A stretch of DNA of 64,000 nt. Source: Azolla caroliniana. Taxonomy: Eukaryota > Plantae > Polypodiophyta. Of the stretch, positions 39,499-51,859 are shown one piece after another; position 1 is the first letter of the stretch, and the number at the start of each line of letters is the position of its first letter. A program made the translations under genes and the position numbers. The stretch lies in the NCBI GenBank assembly GCA_043228905.1, contig JBHGNT010000020.1, positions 3,534,001 to 3,598,000 of the forward strand, in the 5' to 3' direction. The notes beneath the pieces are model-generated. The model was not told the DNA's origin and searched no databases. It saw nothing but the letters and a program-made list of their open reading frames with translations.

Positions 39499-40127
39499 TG
39501 TTAGAAATATTGAGAATCGATTAGATAGGTATATAGAGTTACAACTACAGAGATGAGATATATGAAAACAAAACTTCTATTACATATGAGAGTAGCTCAC
39601 AATGGTAGTTTTACCATGCACTCACACCTTAGAGCTTAGATAGGATATGGACTAACTCACTACAAAATTAGTGGGGACTGATAATCAAGCCCACCACTGT
39701 GAAAGGAAAATGGATTGCTTTCTATGTTTGGTCTATGTATAACATTAAATGTGCAAGTCAGTTGATAGTAGTGGAGATATTCATTTTCTGTCAACTGACT
39801 TGTCATTTAATATGACCAACTCCCTAGGTACAGGCTAGTGCTAGATAGTACTTATCTTGAAGTCAATGACGCATACTTCAAGACTAAGTACATCGTAACT
39901 ATATTCTAGTTGACTTGATTAGCCAATCCTATTACCTATTTCTCTCTTTCCTAAATACATTGTGTCCTACGCATCTACGGTTTCCTAGATTAACACCTTA
40001 TCTACCCATATGGTCGAGTTATACACTAGCCGCTCCTCATTTGGGGTGCTATCACAAAATGTGCACTCTAAGAGCACATATGGGGATAGATTTACAACTT
40101 GGGGCTGATCATTGATTATATCTAACA
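39499..40127 (-). repeat. Copia-2 3' LTR
   Basis: TG...CA termini; direct repeat of 55884-56522. Confidence 0.95.
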
Positions 40128-41059
40128 CGCCCCCTCAATGATCAACCCATTGAGTTCACTTGGAATTGGGCCAACTCCTAGTCGTCGAAGGTGTTGTTGT
40201 AATTGTTCTGCTCCAAGCGCCTTTGTGAAGATATCCGCAACATTTTCTGATGTCGGACAATACTCAAGCTCCACAGTCTCATCATTTATTAGCTCCCGCA
40301 CATAGTGATATTGAATCTCTATGTGTTTAGTACGTGCATGAAATGCGGGGTTCTTGGCAATGGCCATGCAACTCTGATTATCACACCTCAATACCGTTGC
40401 CGTCCTTATTGGAAATGCCACATCCGTAAGTGTGAAAGTGTTTTTAGAATTCAAGGTATTGAAGTCTACAAGAATATAAGGTATGGTGTGTTCACATCCG
40501 GAGGACAAGGACATGAACTAACATCTCGTGGATAAGTCCAAATAAAAGCAATAAAGATGGAGAAAAGTTAAAAAGAGAAAAAGCAGACCACCAAAACGCA
40601 GTCAGAAACAAATGCTCATAACTCTCTCGTTTGACACCCAAATATCACGTGTAAATATGGGTTAGAAAGCTTATGACGAGAGTTATCTGTAGCTTTTTAA
40701 AACTCTAAATTTGGAGCATGGATGAGGGAGATATGACGATTAGAAGATCGTTGTGTCATAGCTAAGAATAGGAGATGGAAAAGCTCTAAAAAAAGCGTGG
40801 AAAAGAAAGCAAGCGAAACTTATCTACTAGAGGAGAACTTCATATAAAGCAAGAAGAGTGAGGTGGTGAGGGGAGCTTTTTTCTGGTGGTGTTTTTCTTG
40901 CCTATTCATGTAGTGCGTTTTTCTAGTGATCAATTCATCCTTGTAGGCTTGAGTTTATGTATCTTCTTTCTCTTGTTTCTATGATCATCACTCCTTATTA
41001 ATATATCTTTGTAGATTTGGGTTTCTATATCTTCCTTCTCTCTCTTTTCTATCATCATA

Positions 41060-43828
41060 TCTTGATAGAAGTAAGCATGTTAACATATGAATAAATCTTT
41101 CGAGCGAGCGAACCTTTTGTACAAATACCTTCAAAGCTTCGAGACTTGTCAGAATTGTCATATTTTGAATTATGTCAATCTTTGCTTCATCAACATGACT
41201 TTCTTCTTGGCACACCACATTCTCCACATTACCTTGTTTTTTATGTATGACCATTTCATCTAGAATCTCATCTCGAAAAGGAAGCAAAAATAAATCTCGT
41301 TTGGTTGAATCATTCAAGGATTGGAAGTTGACGTCTTTCTCCTTTGGAACAACCACAATAAGTGAGACAAACTTCAAATTCTCCAACTTGATGTGGTGCT
41401 TGATGCCTTCTACTCTTATCTGTGAATACTCATTTATGAATAACTTTGTAAACTTAAAAAAGAGAGAAATAAACCTTAGATCCTCTTCTCCTTGGACATC
41501 GTTTGAAATCATCTTCTTTTGCCCCTTTAGGGTGATAATACTTTTCTCTTCAATGACTTCTTCTTCCTCCTTAGACACCATGTGGAATGATTTGTTTTCC
41601 CTATCCCACGAATATTCATCAATTGTTATGCTTTCCTCTTCTTGCTTGCCAATGTCGATAGATGATTCCTTCTCCTTTATACATTTGATTAGTTGTGGTG
41701 GATCCTTTGATGGTGATAAGTTAATGATACTCCAATCATGCATTACAAGTAAATCTCTTGGCTCTTGGTCAAATTGTTGTTGAAGAGTTGATGCCCACAT
41801 AACTTTGTTGCTACTCAATGCAAATCCAAAACATAAATCATGCACGAACACCTTCATACACTGCAACTTGGCACTTACCAATGCTTCCTTACACGCATTG
41901 ATCTCCAAAAGCCAATCTCTAGCTATCACTTCTAGGTTACCTTCTTCATCTTGCAACTTCGTTGTGGGTACTTCACCATCAACAACTTCTTTTGTCATAT
42001 CTTCCATTTCATCTTGCACATATTCATCATCAACCACCATATCACTTGTTGTATCAATAATGTCCTCAACATGAGGTACATTGGCATCACCATCCATAAC
42101 ATCGCTTCTCATAACTATCTCCTTAGATTCGTCTTTCACATCATCATTCTTTATATCATGGTTGTCCTCATGAACTAGATGGGGATCTACCGATTCATCA
42201 TCAAACTAATGGCACGATATGGAGTTCGCGATGCAACAGATCTACGAAGAGAACTTTTCCAATTGCGTATGGTTTCACCAATGTGCTACCTCGAGTATGA
42301 GAAGACGTTTTTGGATATATGGTCCACTTGGATTGGACTTGTTGGAGGCGTTGAAGATGTATACTTCAAGATGGAAAGATTCAAAGCAGGGCTAGATCCA
42401 TATTTTCAATATGAAGTGCATATGAAGTACCCAAGGTCTTTCCATGATTTGCTTCGAGTATGTCAAAGTTATGATCAACAATTGAAGAAGTTGTTATTCG
42501 GTGAAGCATATGGATTATCGGCGTCATATACCATAAATCCAAGCTATAATAATTGTGGATCGGTCATGAGCCAACAACCAGCCTACTTGCAATGTCCGAT
42601 TCAACAGGTTCCCTCATATCATTATTATAATTTTTGGAGTTATAATGATGTCTATGAAGGTGATTCCAGAGACAATGAAGAAGAGGTGATGAATGTGGAG
42701 TCCCCCCATCTAGTTCATGAGGACAACCATGATATAAAGAATGATGATGTGAAAGACGAATCTAAGGAGATAGTTATGAGAAGCGATGTTATGGATGGTG
42801 ATGCCAATGTACATCATGTTGAGGACATTATTGATACAACAAGTGATATGGTGGTTGATGATGAATATGTGCAAGATGAAATGGAAGATATGACAAAAGA
42901 AGTTGTTGATGGTGAAGTACCCACAACGAAGTTGCAAGATGAAGAAGGTAACCTAGAAGTGATAGCTGGAGATTGGCTTTTGGAGATCAATGCGTGTAAG
43001 GAAGCATTGGTAAGTGCCAAGTTGCAGTGTATGAAAGTGTTCGTGCATGATTTATGTTTTGGATTTGCATTGAGTAGCAACAAAGTTATGTGGGCATCAA
43101 CTCTTCAACAACAATTTGACCAAGAGCCAAGAGATTTACTTGTAATGCATGATTGGAGTATCATTAACTTATCACCATCAAAGGATCCACCACAACTAAT
43201 CAAATGTATAAAGGAGAAGGAATCATCTATCGACATTGGCAAGCAAGAAGAGGAAAGCATAACAATTGATGAATATTCGTGGGATAGGGAAAACAAATCA
43301 TTCCACATGGTGTCTAAGGAGGAAGAAGAAGTCATTGAAGAGAAAAGTATTATCACCCTAAAGGGGAAAAAGAAGATGATTTCAAACGATGTCCAAGGAG
43401 AAGAGGATCTAAGGTTTATTTCTCTTTTTTTTAAGTTTTCAAAGTTATTCATAAATGAGTATTCACAGATAAGAGTAGAAGGCATCAAGCACCACATCAA
43501 GTTGGAGAATTTGAAGTTTGTCTCACTTATTGTGGTTGTTCCAAAGGAGAAAGACGTCAACTTCCAATCCTTGAATGATTCAACCAAACGAGATTTATTT
43601 TTGCTTCCTTTTCGAGATGAGATTCTAGATGAAATGGTCATACATAAAAAACAAGGTAATGTGGAGAATGTGGTGTGCCAAGAAGAAAGTCATGTTGATG
43701 AAGCAAAGATTGACATAATTCAAAATATGACAATTCTGACAAGTCTCGAAGCTTTGAAGGTATTTGTACAAAAGGTTCGCTCGCTCAAAAGATTTATTCA
43801 TATGTTAACATGCTTACTTCTATCAAGA
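41060..43828. repeat. Long inverted repeat: arms 41060-42184 and 42704-43828, with a 519-bp spacer
   Basis: ORFs 40988-42139(-) and 42179-43882(+) encode near-identical peptides. About 6 substitutions counted across 1125 bp. Confidence 0.97.
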
Positions 43829-43882
43829 GTTATGTATCACATAGACCTACTTCTGTTTGGAAAGTTGATGAAGATATACTAA
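42179..43882 (+). CDS. Uninterrupted 567-aa Gypsy-derived ORF: gag C-terminal part, acidic linker and internally deleted RT remnants
   Basis: ERFKAGL..Y.Q.EV....PRSF..LL (gag-like). HHIKL, VSLIVVVPK, VNFQSLND.TKRD.F.LPF.DEILD, VVCQE...VDEAKID.I.NM...S...LK.F..KV...RFI (RT pieces). No YxDD. Confidence 0.6.
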   Translation: MGIYRFIIKLMARYGVRDATDLRRELFQLRMVSPMCYLEYEKTFLDIWSTWIGLVGGVEDVYFKMERFKAGLDPYFQYEVHMKYPRSFHDLLRVCQSYDQQLKKLLFGEAYGLSASYTINPSYNNCGSVMSQQPAYLQCPIQQVPSYHYYNFWSYNDVYEGDSRDNEEEVMNVESPHLVHEDNHDIKNDDVKDESKEIVMRSDVMDGDANVHHVEDIIDTTSDMVVDDEYVQDEMEDMTKEVVDGEVPTTKLQDEEGNLEVIAGDWLLEINACKEALVSAKLQCMKVFVHDLCFGFALSSNKVMWASTLQQQFDQEPRDLLVMHDWSIINLSPSKDPPQLIKCIKEKESSIDIGKQEEESITIDEYSWDRENKSFHMVSKEEEEVIEEKSIITLKGKKKMISNDVQGEEDLRFISLFFKFSKLFINEYSQIRVEGIKHHIKLENLKFVSLIVVVPKEKDVNFQSLNDSTKRDLFLLPFRDEILDEMVIHKKQGNVENVVCQEESHVDEAKIDIIQNMTILTSLEALKVFVQKVRSLKRFIHMLTCLLLSRVMYHIDLLLFGKLMKIY

Positions 43883-46800
43883 TTGTTGTAACCTCTTTCT
43901 TTGTGTTGACAAGGAGAAAGATGGTGATGGCAATTGTCAATGTGTATGTGTGTGTGTTTAGAAGTGTGAGGTTTTTCCTATCGACTAGCGGGGGTTTTAC
44001 TCACATCAGTAAGGATTCTTCTTAGCCAAACTACCTCGCATGCCGCTATGCATGCTGCTTTGTATTCTGACTCCGTTGAAGATAGTGTCACTGTTGGTTG
44101 TTTTTTACTACTCCATGAAACAGCTCTAGAACCTATTGAAAAACAATATCCAAAAACTGATTTTCTGGAATCACTATCTCCAGCCCAGTCGGACTTGCAA
44201 TACCCACTAAGTTCTTCAATTGTTGGCTTGTAGAAGATTCCGTAATTTAAAGTACCCACAATGTACTTTAATACACAAAGAGCAGCTTTCCAATGAGTCT
44301 CCTTTGGCTTGTTGCTGAATCGACTCACCACACTGACTGTAAAACAAATATTTGGCCTAGTGTTGCATAGGAAAATTAGACTTCCTACTAGTTGTCTATA
44401 CTTCCTTATGTCAACCATTGGTGATGGGTCTTCTTGGGATAGTTTGTAGTTTGACTCCATTGGAGTTGACTTCAACTTGTTGTCCATCATCCCAAAGGTC
44501 TTCAAGATCTCTATTGCATACTTTCTTTGTGACATGAAGATGCTAACTGAAGTTTGTCAAACCTCAATTCCAAGGAAGTAGTGTAGAATCCCCAAGTCTG
44601 TCATTTGAAACTCAGTTTTCAAACACTCTTGTGTTTGGCCAATGCACTCTTCATGGTCACTAGTAAGAACTAGGTCATCCATGTAAATGATGATGATGAC
44701 TTGTTTCCCGTCCTTCATTTTGACATACATACTTGCATCCGAAGCACATTTCTTAAAGTCGATTGATCATAAGAAGCTGTCTATCCTCTTGTTCCAAGCT
44801 CTTGGTGCTTGCTTTAGACCATACAACGCCTTCTTCAGCTTGCATACTTTGTTTTCTGAATTCGGCATCTCAAACCCCGGTGGTTGCATCACGTATACCT
44901 CCTCCTTGAGATGCCCATTCAGAAATGCCGATTTGACATCCATTTGGTAAATCAACCATCTTCTTGAAACGACCAACGCTATGAACATTCGAATTGTTGT
45001 CATGCGAGCTGTTGGGGCAAATGTTTCTTGTACATTGAACCCTTCAATTTGGGAGTATCCTTGGGTTACTAGCTTGGCCTTGAATTTCTCCAAAGAACCA
45101 TCAACTTTATACTTTACTTTCCACACCCACTTCGTGCCTATCACCTTGTTCTTTGTTGGCCTCTCTACCAACTCCCATGTGTCATTTTTCATGATGCTAT
45201 CATATCCTGATATCATCGCCTCTTTCCACTTCGGGTTGGCCATGGCTTCCTCCACCAAGGTCGGCTCACTCACTGAGCCGATGATGTCCATCATCAGATC
45301 CATGTTGACAATGTGGTCAAAAGTTCTCCCTTGCTCCTGTATTCTTCTTGATCTTCGCAATCCATCAGTTGAAGTTTCAGGAAACTCAACTTTAGGAGTA
45401 TGGTCATTGATGAGTTGTTGAGCCCACTTAGGTATTTTCTTTACATGTGGGACTGGCGTAGGCTGAACTAGTGAGCCATTACCATCAGATGGTTCAGCTT
45501 CCTTTTCTAGACAATGGGTCGGGATTGGGTAAAATACCTCTTCAGTTGATGAGATAACTTGAGAATCGTTGTTCTTAGCTAGCTGTGGTTGTTCTTCATC
45601 AAACACCACATCGCGGCTTGTCAATATCTTTCTTGCCTCTAGATCGTAGAGTCGATAGGCCTTTGACTCTTCACTATATCCGAGAAAGATACACTTCTTG
45701 CTTTTAGCATCCAACTTCTTTCTGCTCACATCTGGAACATGTGCGTAGCACGTACACCCAAAGGTTATGAAGTGCAGCACTAAAGGTTTCTTGCCTGAAT
45801 AAGCTTCGTGGGGTGTTTTCCCTTGAAGTGCCTTCGTGTAGATCCAATTGAGGATGTAAACTGATGTATTCACTTCTTCTGCCCAGAATGGGTCAGGTAG
45901 CGCTTGTGCCTTCAACATACACCTAGCCATCTCGACAACTGTTCGGTTTCGACATTCAACAACACCATTTTGTTGTGGGGTGTAGGTAGTTGAAAGTTGG
46001 TGCGTAATTCCATGCTCTTTGTAATACTCACAGAATTCTATTGATAAGAATTCTCCACCTCGATCAGAGCGTAACTCCTTCACTAACTTTCCGGACTCTT
46101 GCTCAACAAACTTATGCCATCTTTTGAAGATTTTAAAAGCTTCAACCTTCTCCCGAAGGAAGTAAACCCACATCTTTCTACTGAAGTTATCGACTAGTAG
46201 CATATAGTAGAGAGATCCATCCATTGCAGGAGTCACCATTTTTCTAGAGAGGTCGATGTGTATTAGCTGTAGAGGAGTCTTTGTCCGATTTTGACTCTCT
46301 TTTGGAATAGCTGATCTTTGATGCTTGCCCATCATACAAGCATCACAAACATGACTTAAGTCAGATAGGGTTGGCAACCCAACTACCATATTCAACTTCT
46401 TCATCTCCTTCAACACAACAACATTGAGATGCCCAAATCTCTCATGCCATTGCTTTGTGTTAGTACTTGTGCTATGGTCAGTATAAATGGTAAGTGCGCT
46501 CAGCTCATAGAGATTGTTGCGTCTTACCCCTACCTTGCCAGTAGAATTTGTTATTTCTGCACCCGACTTCTTGAATCGAACATCAAGACCCTTGTTGGTC
46601 AGTGCAGAAATGGACAATAGATTCTTCTTGAGATCTGGCATGTACAACACTTGAGAGAGATGCTTTGTCCCGCCGATCGTTGCTTTGAGCGAGACGGTTC
46701 TAGTTCCTTTGGCTGGACATCGAGCATTGTTCCCGACCACAACATTGATGAGCTCTTGTAGAGGTGTCCAAGAGCTATACCAATCACGATTACTGGTCAT

Positions 46801-46942
46801 ATGTCAGGACGCTCCACTATCGAGAATCCAAGAGTCGTTGACAACTTGGGTGTCAATTGAAGAACACACTTCTTCAGTTGCGACCCATAACTCAAGCTCA
46901 TCTACGACGTTGTTGGCGGACTCGGGCTCTCTCCAAGAGGTC

Positions 46943-47175
46943 TTACTAGAACCATACTTCTCGTCCGCCATCTTCTTCCGACAATCCTTGATTGTGTGAC
47001 CCTTCTTGTCACAATAGAAACACGATCCATTGAACTTCTTTGGTATCCTATTCGCATTGTTACTAGAACCATACTTCTCGTCCGCCATCTTCTTTCGACA
47101 ATCCTTGATTGTGTGACCCTTCTTGTCACAATAGAAACACGATCCATTGAACTTCTTTGGTATCCTATTCGCATT
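46943..47175 (-). repeat. 117-bp in-frame tandem duplication of the Copia-2 gag zinc knuckle
   Basis: NANRIPKKFNGSCFYCDKKGHTIKDCRKKMADEKYGSS occurs twice, one substitution seen between copies. Confidence 0.95.
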
Positions 47176-50100
47176 TTTTGAATTGGATGCCCCTTTACCC
47201 TTAGTCCTAGAGACAAATGCCGAATCTTCCCTTCCTTCTCTTGTCTTCAGCCAAAGCTCCTCTTCAAGCAACATCACACTTAGTTCATCAAATTTTAAAG
47301 GAGTGGGTCGAACCTGAGTGTTCAATGCCGTCACAATGCCATCATAATTGAAAGGAAGTACTCGAATGCAGCGACAAGCCATATCCTCTTGAGAGATGAC
47401 TACTCCAACAACCACTGGCTGATCTCGAAGATCCTTAATCCTTTTTACAAAGGATTCTACTTTCTCTCCATCGGCGAGCTTCTCTGCACCAAGCTGATTT
47501 TCAAGGTTTTGTATCTTTGTATAGTTTCTGGTCTCATACTGGCTGGCCAATATGCTCCAAGCTTCATGTGCCTTGGTTGTATGTTGCACTAATGTTAGTA
47601 CAGAGTCACATACACCAGTGACTATGGTATGTTACCGGCCGGCAAGAAGGCTTAAGGAGGTCCAAACCAGAGTGTGAAAGGAATAGTTATTCGGGAATTG
47701 TTGTAATTAGTAGTCTGAATATATATTAATATATAAGAAGATGTGGACGGACGGACCGGAATCGGTATGCCGATCCGGATCCGGAACGATTCCGTAAAGG
47801 TGCCGGTTGGCACCATTTTGTATTTCGCACCAGAGACCTATATAAAGGCCCGGTTACAATGTAATCAGGAGCAGATAATTAATTAAGCTTATTGTCTTAA
47901 TCTTCCAGTGTTGATTACCGTTATGTATTCATTGTTATATCTTACGCGTGTTAATTACGGATTGCTAAGTAACCAATTAAGGTCTAATTAAGCGTTGTGC
48001 CGTAAATCATTCTGCCGTACCACCCTTTGGTAAAGTGTCTTAAGTGGACACCCTGTGTTAGGCTGTTGTCCGGCCCTAACAATAACACAGTTTTTGGCGA
48101 CCACGACGGGATTAATACGGAACTTGGAAGTAACCATCGGGGGCCACACATTCCGAATCTCAGCTGTAGTTCTCCAGTTGCAGGCTCAAGGAGCATACCC
48201 ATTATTGTTGGGACGCCCTTGGTTAAAGACGACACATATCAAGCAGAACTAGAGGAGGAATATGATTACGTTCCGACGGGGGAAAAGCGAAGGTACGGGT
48301 ACCAACACAACCAAGGAAGGGCACCGGCAAGGATCTGACACCGTTATATGCGGAGTGTGTCAATATGCTGGAAAGATTAGCAGATGAAGAAGAAGACTAG
48401 TACTTGCTGGAAAACCCGAAGATTGTACCCCTATTCGAAATTGACGTCGTCGAAGCGGTATCACCCTACTTACTACAACCCAACGGAACCGGATAAAGAA
48501 GCAATCCGGGAGTTACGGCATGCGCAGGAGGCGTTGGAAAGGGAAATGGCTGTATCCCAGCGCGTAAAACTGTCCCAATTAGAAGAGGTAAACCTAGGAA
48601 TGACAGAGGAGGCACAACCGTTGCACATCGCCAAAGAAACGAAGGCAGAGAACAAAACAGCGATAATTATAGTCCTCAACGAGTTTCGTGACATCTTTGC
48701 CTGGTCTTACGAGGATATGAGAGGCCTGGATCCTCAGTTGTATCAGCACCAGATACATCTGAGCAAAGTCACCAAACCGGTAGCACAACGTTGGTACCGG
48801 ATGAACCCAAACTACGCCGCCAAAGTCAAGGAGGAGATCGAAAAATTGTTGAGGGTTGGCTTCATCCATCCCGTAAAGAAATCCACATGGCTGAGCCCGA
48901 TAGTAGTCGTACCGAAAAAGAATGGCAAAATTAGGGTTTGTGTCGACTACCGGAAGCTCAATGCGGCAACGATAACGGATGCATTTCCACTTCCGTTTAC
49001 GGATGGAGTTTTGGATGCCATCGCCGGCCATGAAGTCTATAGTTTCTTAGACGGATTTAGCGGGTATAATCAGATCCGGATGCACCCTGAGGATCAAGAG
49101 AAAACGGCTTTCGTTACCGAATGGGGAGTGTTTGTTGCGATGGTGATGATGTTCGGGTTGAAAACGGCACCAACAACATTCCAACGGATCATCATGGAGA
49201 TCTTTGGCGAATACATACCGGCTTTTATGCAAGTGTTCCTTGTCGACTTCACCGTATATAGCAGAGAAGAAGATCATTTGCAGCATCTCAGACTATGTCT
49301 AGAGAAGTGTAAGGCGTACCGGCTAAGCTTGAATCCAGCGAAGTGTGTATTTGGAATGTCCAGCGGAACGTTACTAGGGCATATAGTGAGCAAGGAAGGC
49401 ATTGCCGTAGATCCGGACAAAGTGAAAGCAATCTTGGAAGCACTGGCACCGGCAACGGCAAAGGCATTGAGCCGTTTCCTATGACAAATCCGCTGGCATA
49501 ACCGCATGCTGGCATAACCGCATGCTCCGATATTTGGCAGACCTGGCTACACCTCTGCATGCAGCAATACATCGAACACCATTCTAATGGACCGACATCG
49601 AAGACAAGGCGTACCGGGCACTAAAGGTGTTTTTATCACAAGCACCGATAGTGCAGCCTCCGGATTGGAGTAAAGAGTTTCATGTGTTCGTGGACGCCTC
49701 TGATATCGCAATCGGCAGCGCACTCATGCAACTTACTAAGCCAAGGTGGTACCGGCCAGTGTACTATGCCAGCCGGAAGCTATCCCAAGCGGAACAAAAT
49801 TATTCTACCACGGAAAGGGAAGCTTTAGGAATGATCTACAGTGTAACAAAATTCAGGCATTATTTATTGGGAAGAAAGTTCTCCTTCCATGTGGATCATT
49901 CGGCACTCCTCTACCTAGTATCCAAAGCGTCACTTACCGGTAAGTTGGCTCGGTGGACTTTGTTGTTACAAGAGTTCGAATTCGAGATATTCCACCGACC
50001 CGGCATACAGCATGCGGTAGCAGATTATCTAAGCCGGTTAGATTCTGGGGAGACAAGTGACGGAGTACCGGACGAGTTTCTGGATGCAGAGCTTTTTCGA

Positions 50101-51630
50101 GTCACCACGGAAACGGCAACAGATGAAATAGTGGCACAAGAGGATAAGTGGCTAACTAATATGCACCAGTTTCTGAGTATCGGATTGCCTCCGGAGGAGC
50201 TGAACCAGGACGAGAGAAAATGCCTGGCGGTACAGAGCCGACACTTCTTTTTATTACAGGACACGCTATACCACAAAGGTGCGGATGGTATCTGGCGACG
50301 AGCGGTGCGTAGCGACGAGAAGGAGGTAATACTACGGGAGGCACACTACGGAGTCGCCGGAGGCCATTATGCCGGAGATGCGACGGCAAGGAAAGTATGG
50401 CAATGTGGCCTATGGTGGCCGACCACATTGAAAGATGCAGTCCGGTATGCGAAGGAGTGCGATCTATGCCAACGAATGGGTTAGCGAACGGAACAAGCTC
50501 GGATGCCACACCAGCCAGTCCTACCACTAGAACCATTCCAGAAACGGGGGCTGGATTTTGTCGGGCCATTTAAACCACCGACAATGAGAACCGGCAACAG
50601 GTATGTGATCGTCGCAATGGATTACTGCACTAAGTGGGTGGAAGCGAAAGCCCTACGAGACAACACCGCGGCGTCAACGACAAAATTCTTATACGAATGC
50701 ATTTGGTGCCGGTACGGATGCCCCATAGAGCTAATAAGCGACCAAGGAGGGCACTTTCTTGGGCAGGTGGTAGAAAGTTTGACGACGTTCTATGCGGTAG
50801 TACATAAACGAAGTACACCGTACTATCCGCAAGCAAATGGGTTAGCTGAGTCGATGAACAAAATGCTCCAGAATATCCTCCGGAAGATCGTCAATGAAAA
50901 TCGGACAGATTGGGACACGAAGCTGCACAGTGCGCTCTGGGCTTATCGGACGGCGTACAAAACAAGCATCCGAACAACACCGTTCCGGTTAGCATTCGGA
51001 TTAGAGACAGTCATGCCGGTCGAGTTCCAGGTACCAAGCTTACGGATTCAGATTCGGGAACTATTGAACGAAAAGGAATCGGAGGCAATTCGATTAAAGG
51101 CTCTGTGTGAACTGGAAGAACACCGACTGGTGAGCATTATGCACCTGGAATTGGAACAACGGAGACGGAAAGCATTTGTAGATCGGCACCGGAAGGGAAA
51201 TGAAAAGATGTTCGTAACCGGCAAGCCGATACTCATGTTCCAGACCCGGATGGGAAAAATGCTAGGTAAACTACGGTTTAGATGGACCGGACCGTACTTG
51301 GTCACACGCGAGTTCAATGGGTCCTACCAGTTGGGGACACTTGCCTGAGAAGTGCTGGGCAAATGGGTCAACGGATTTAGACTAAAATCATACAAAGGAC
51401 CTATGCCTAAGAACCCATTTGAACGAAAGGCCGCCACCGAATCAAACGCTGGCAGGCCAACCATAACGGCAACCGGTGAAGATGACGACTACCACCAGGC
51501 TAGTAAGGAGGAGCATGAGTTGGCAACCGAGGAGAGCAAAACGATGACAAACTGTCAAGAGACCGGCAAGTTGCACGTTTCAGGTAAAGGTCTGACAGGA
51601 CTGGAGAAAAACTAACTACACAAGTAAGTT

Positions 51631-51859
51631 GAAAAAAAAAAAAGAAAAAAAAAGAAAAAAAAAAAAAGAAAAAAAAAGAAAAAAAAAGGAAAAAAAAGAA
51701 AAAAAAAAGGAAAAAAAAAGAAAAGAAAAGAAAAAAAAAGAAAAAAAAAGACAAAAAAAGAAAAAAAAGGAAAAAAAAGTAAAAAAAAGGAAAAAAAAAG
51801 AAAAAAAAGGAAAAAAAAAACAAAAAAAAGAAAAAAAAAGAAAAAAAAGAAAAAAGGAG
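51631..51859 (+). repeat. ~230-bp polypurine tract, (A7-9 G1-2)n with ~10-bp period, between pol and the extra ORF of Gypsy-2
   Basis: Read directly; only three pyrimidines seen in the tract. Confidence 0.95.

Larger units (their letters stand above)
40431..44008. mobile_element. 3578-bp fold-back retroelement-derived insertion in the Copia-2 RNase H region
   Basis: Starts TGTG, ends ACATCA. 5-bp TSD gtaag at 40426-40430 and 44009-44013. Excision restores RILTDVA. Internal 1125-bp inverted repeat. No direct LTR pair. Confidence 0.88.

Noticed and set aside
39915-40115. Small ORF repeated at 56217-56510
   Set aside because: Lies inside the two Copia-2 LTRs; the identity reflects LTR duplication.
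40419-44013. Possible 12-bp TSD (cacatc[c/a]gtaag) for the fold-back insert
   Set aside because: A perfect 5-bp TSD with TG..CA ends restores the host frame and is more parsimonious; the longer match has a mismatch.
49492-49523. 16-bp tandem duplication gctggcataaccgcat in Gypsy-2 pol
   Set aside because: A simple inactivating slippage absent from Gypsy-3, not a programmed frameshift.
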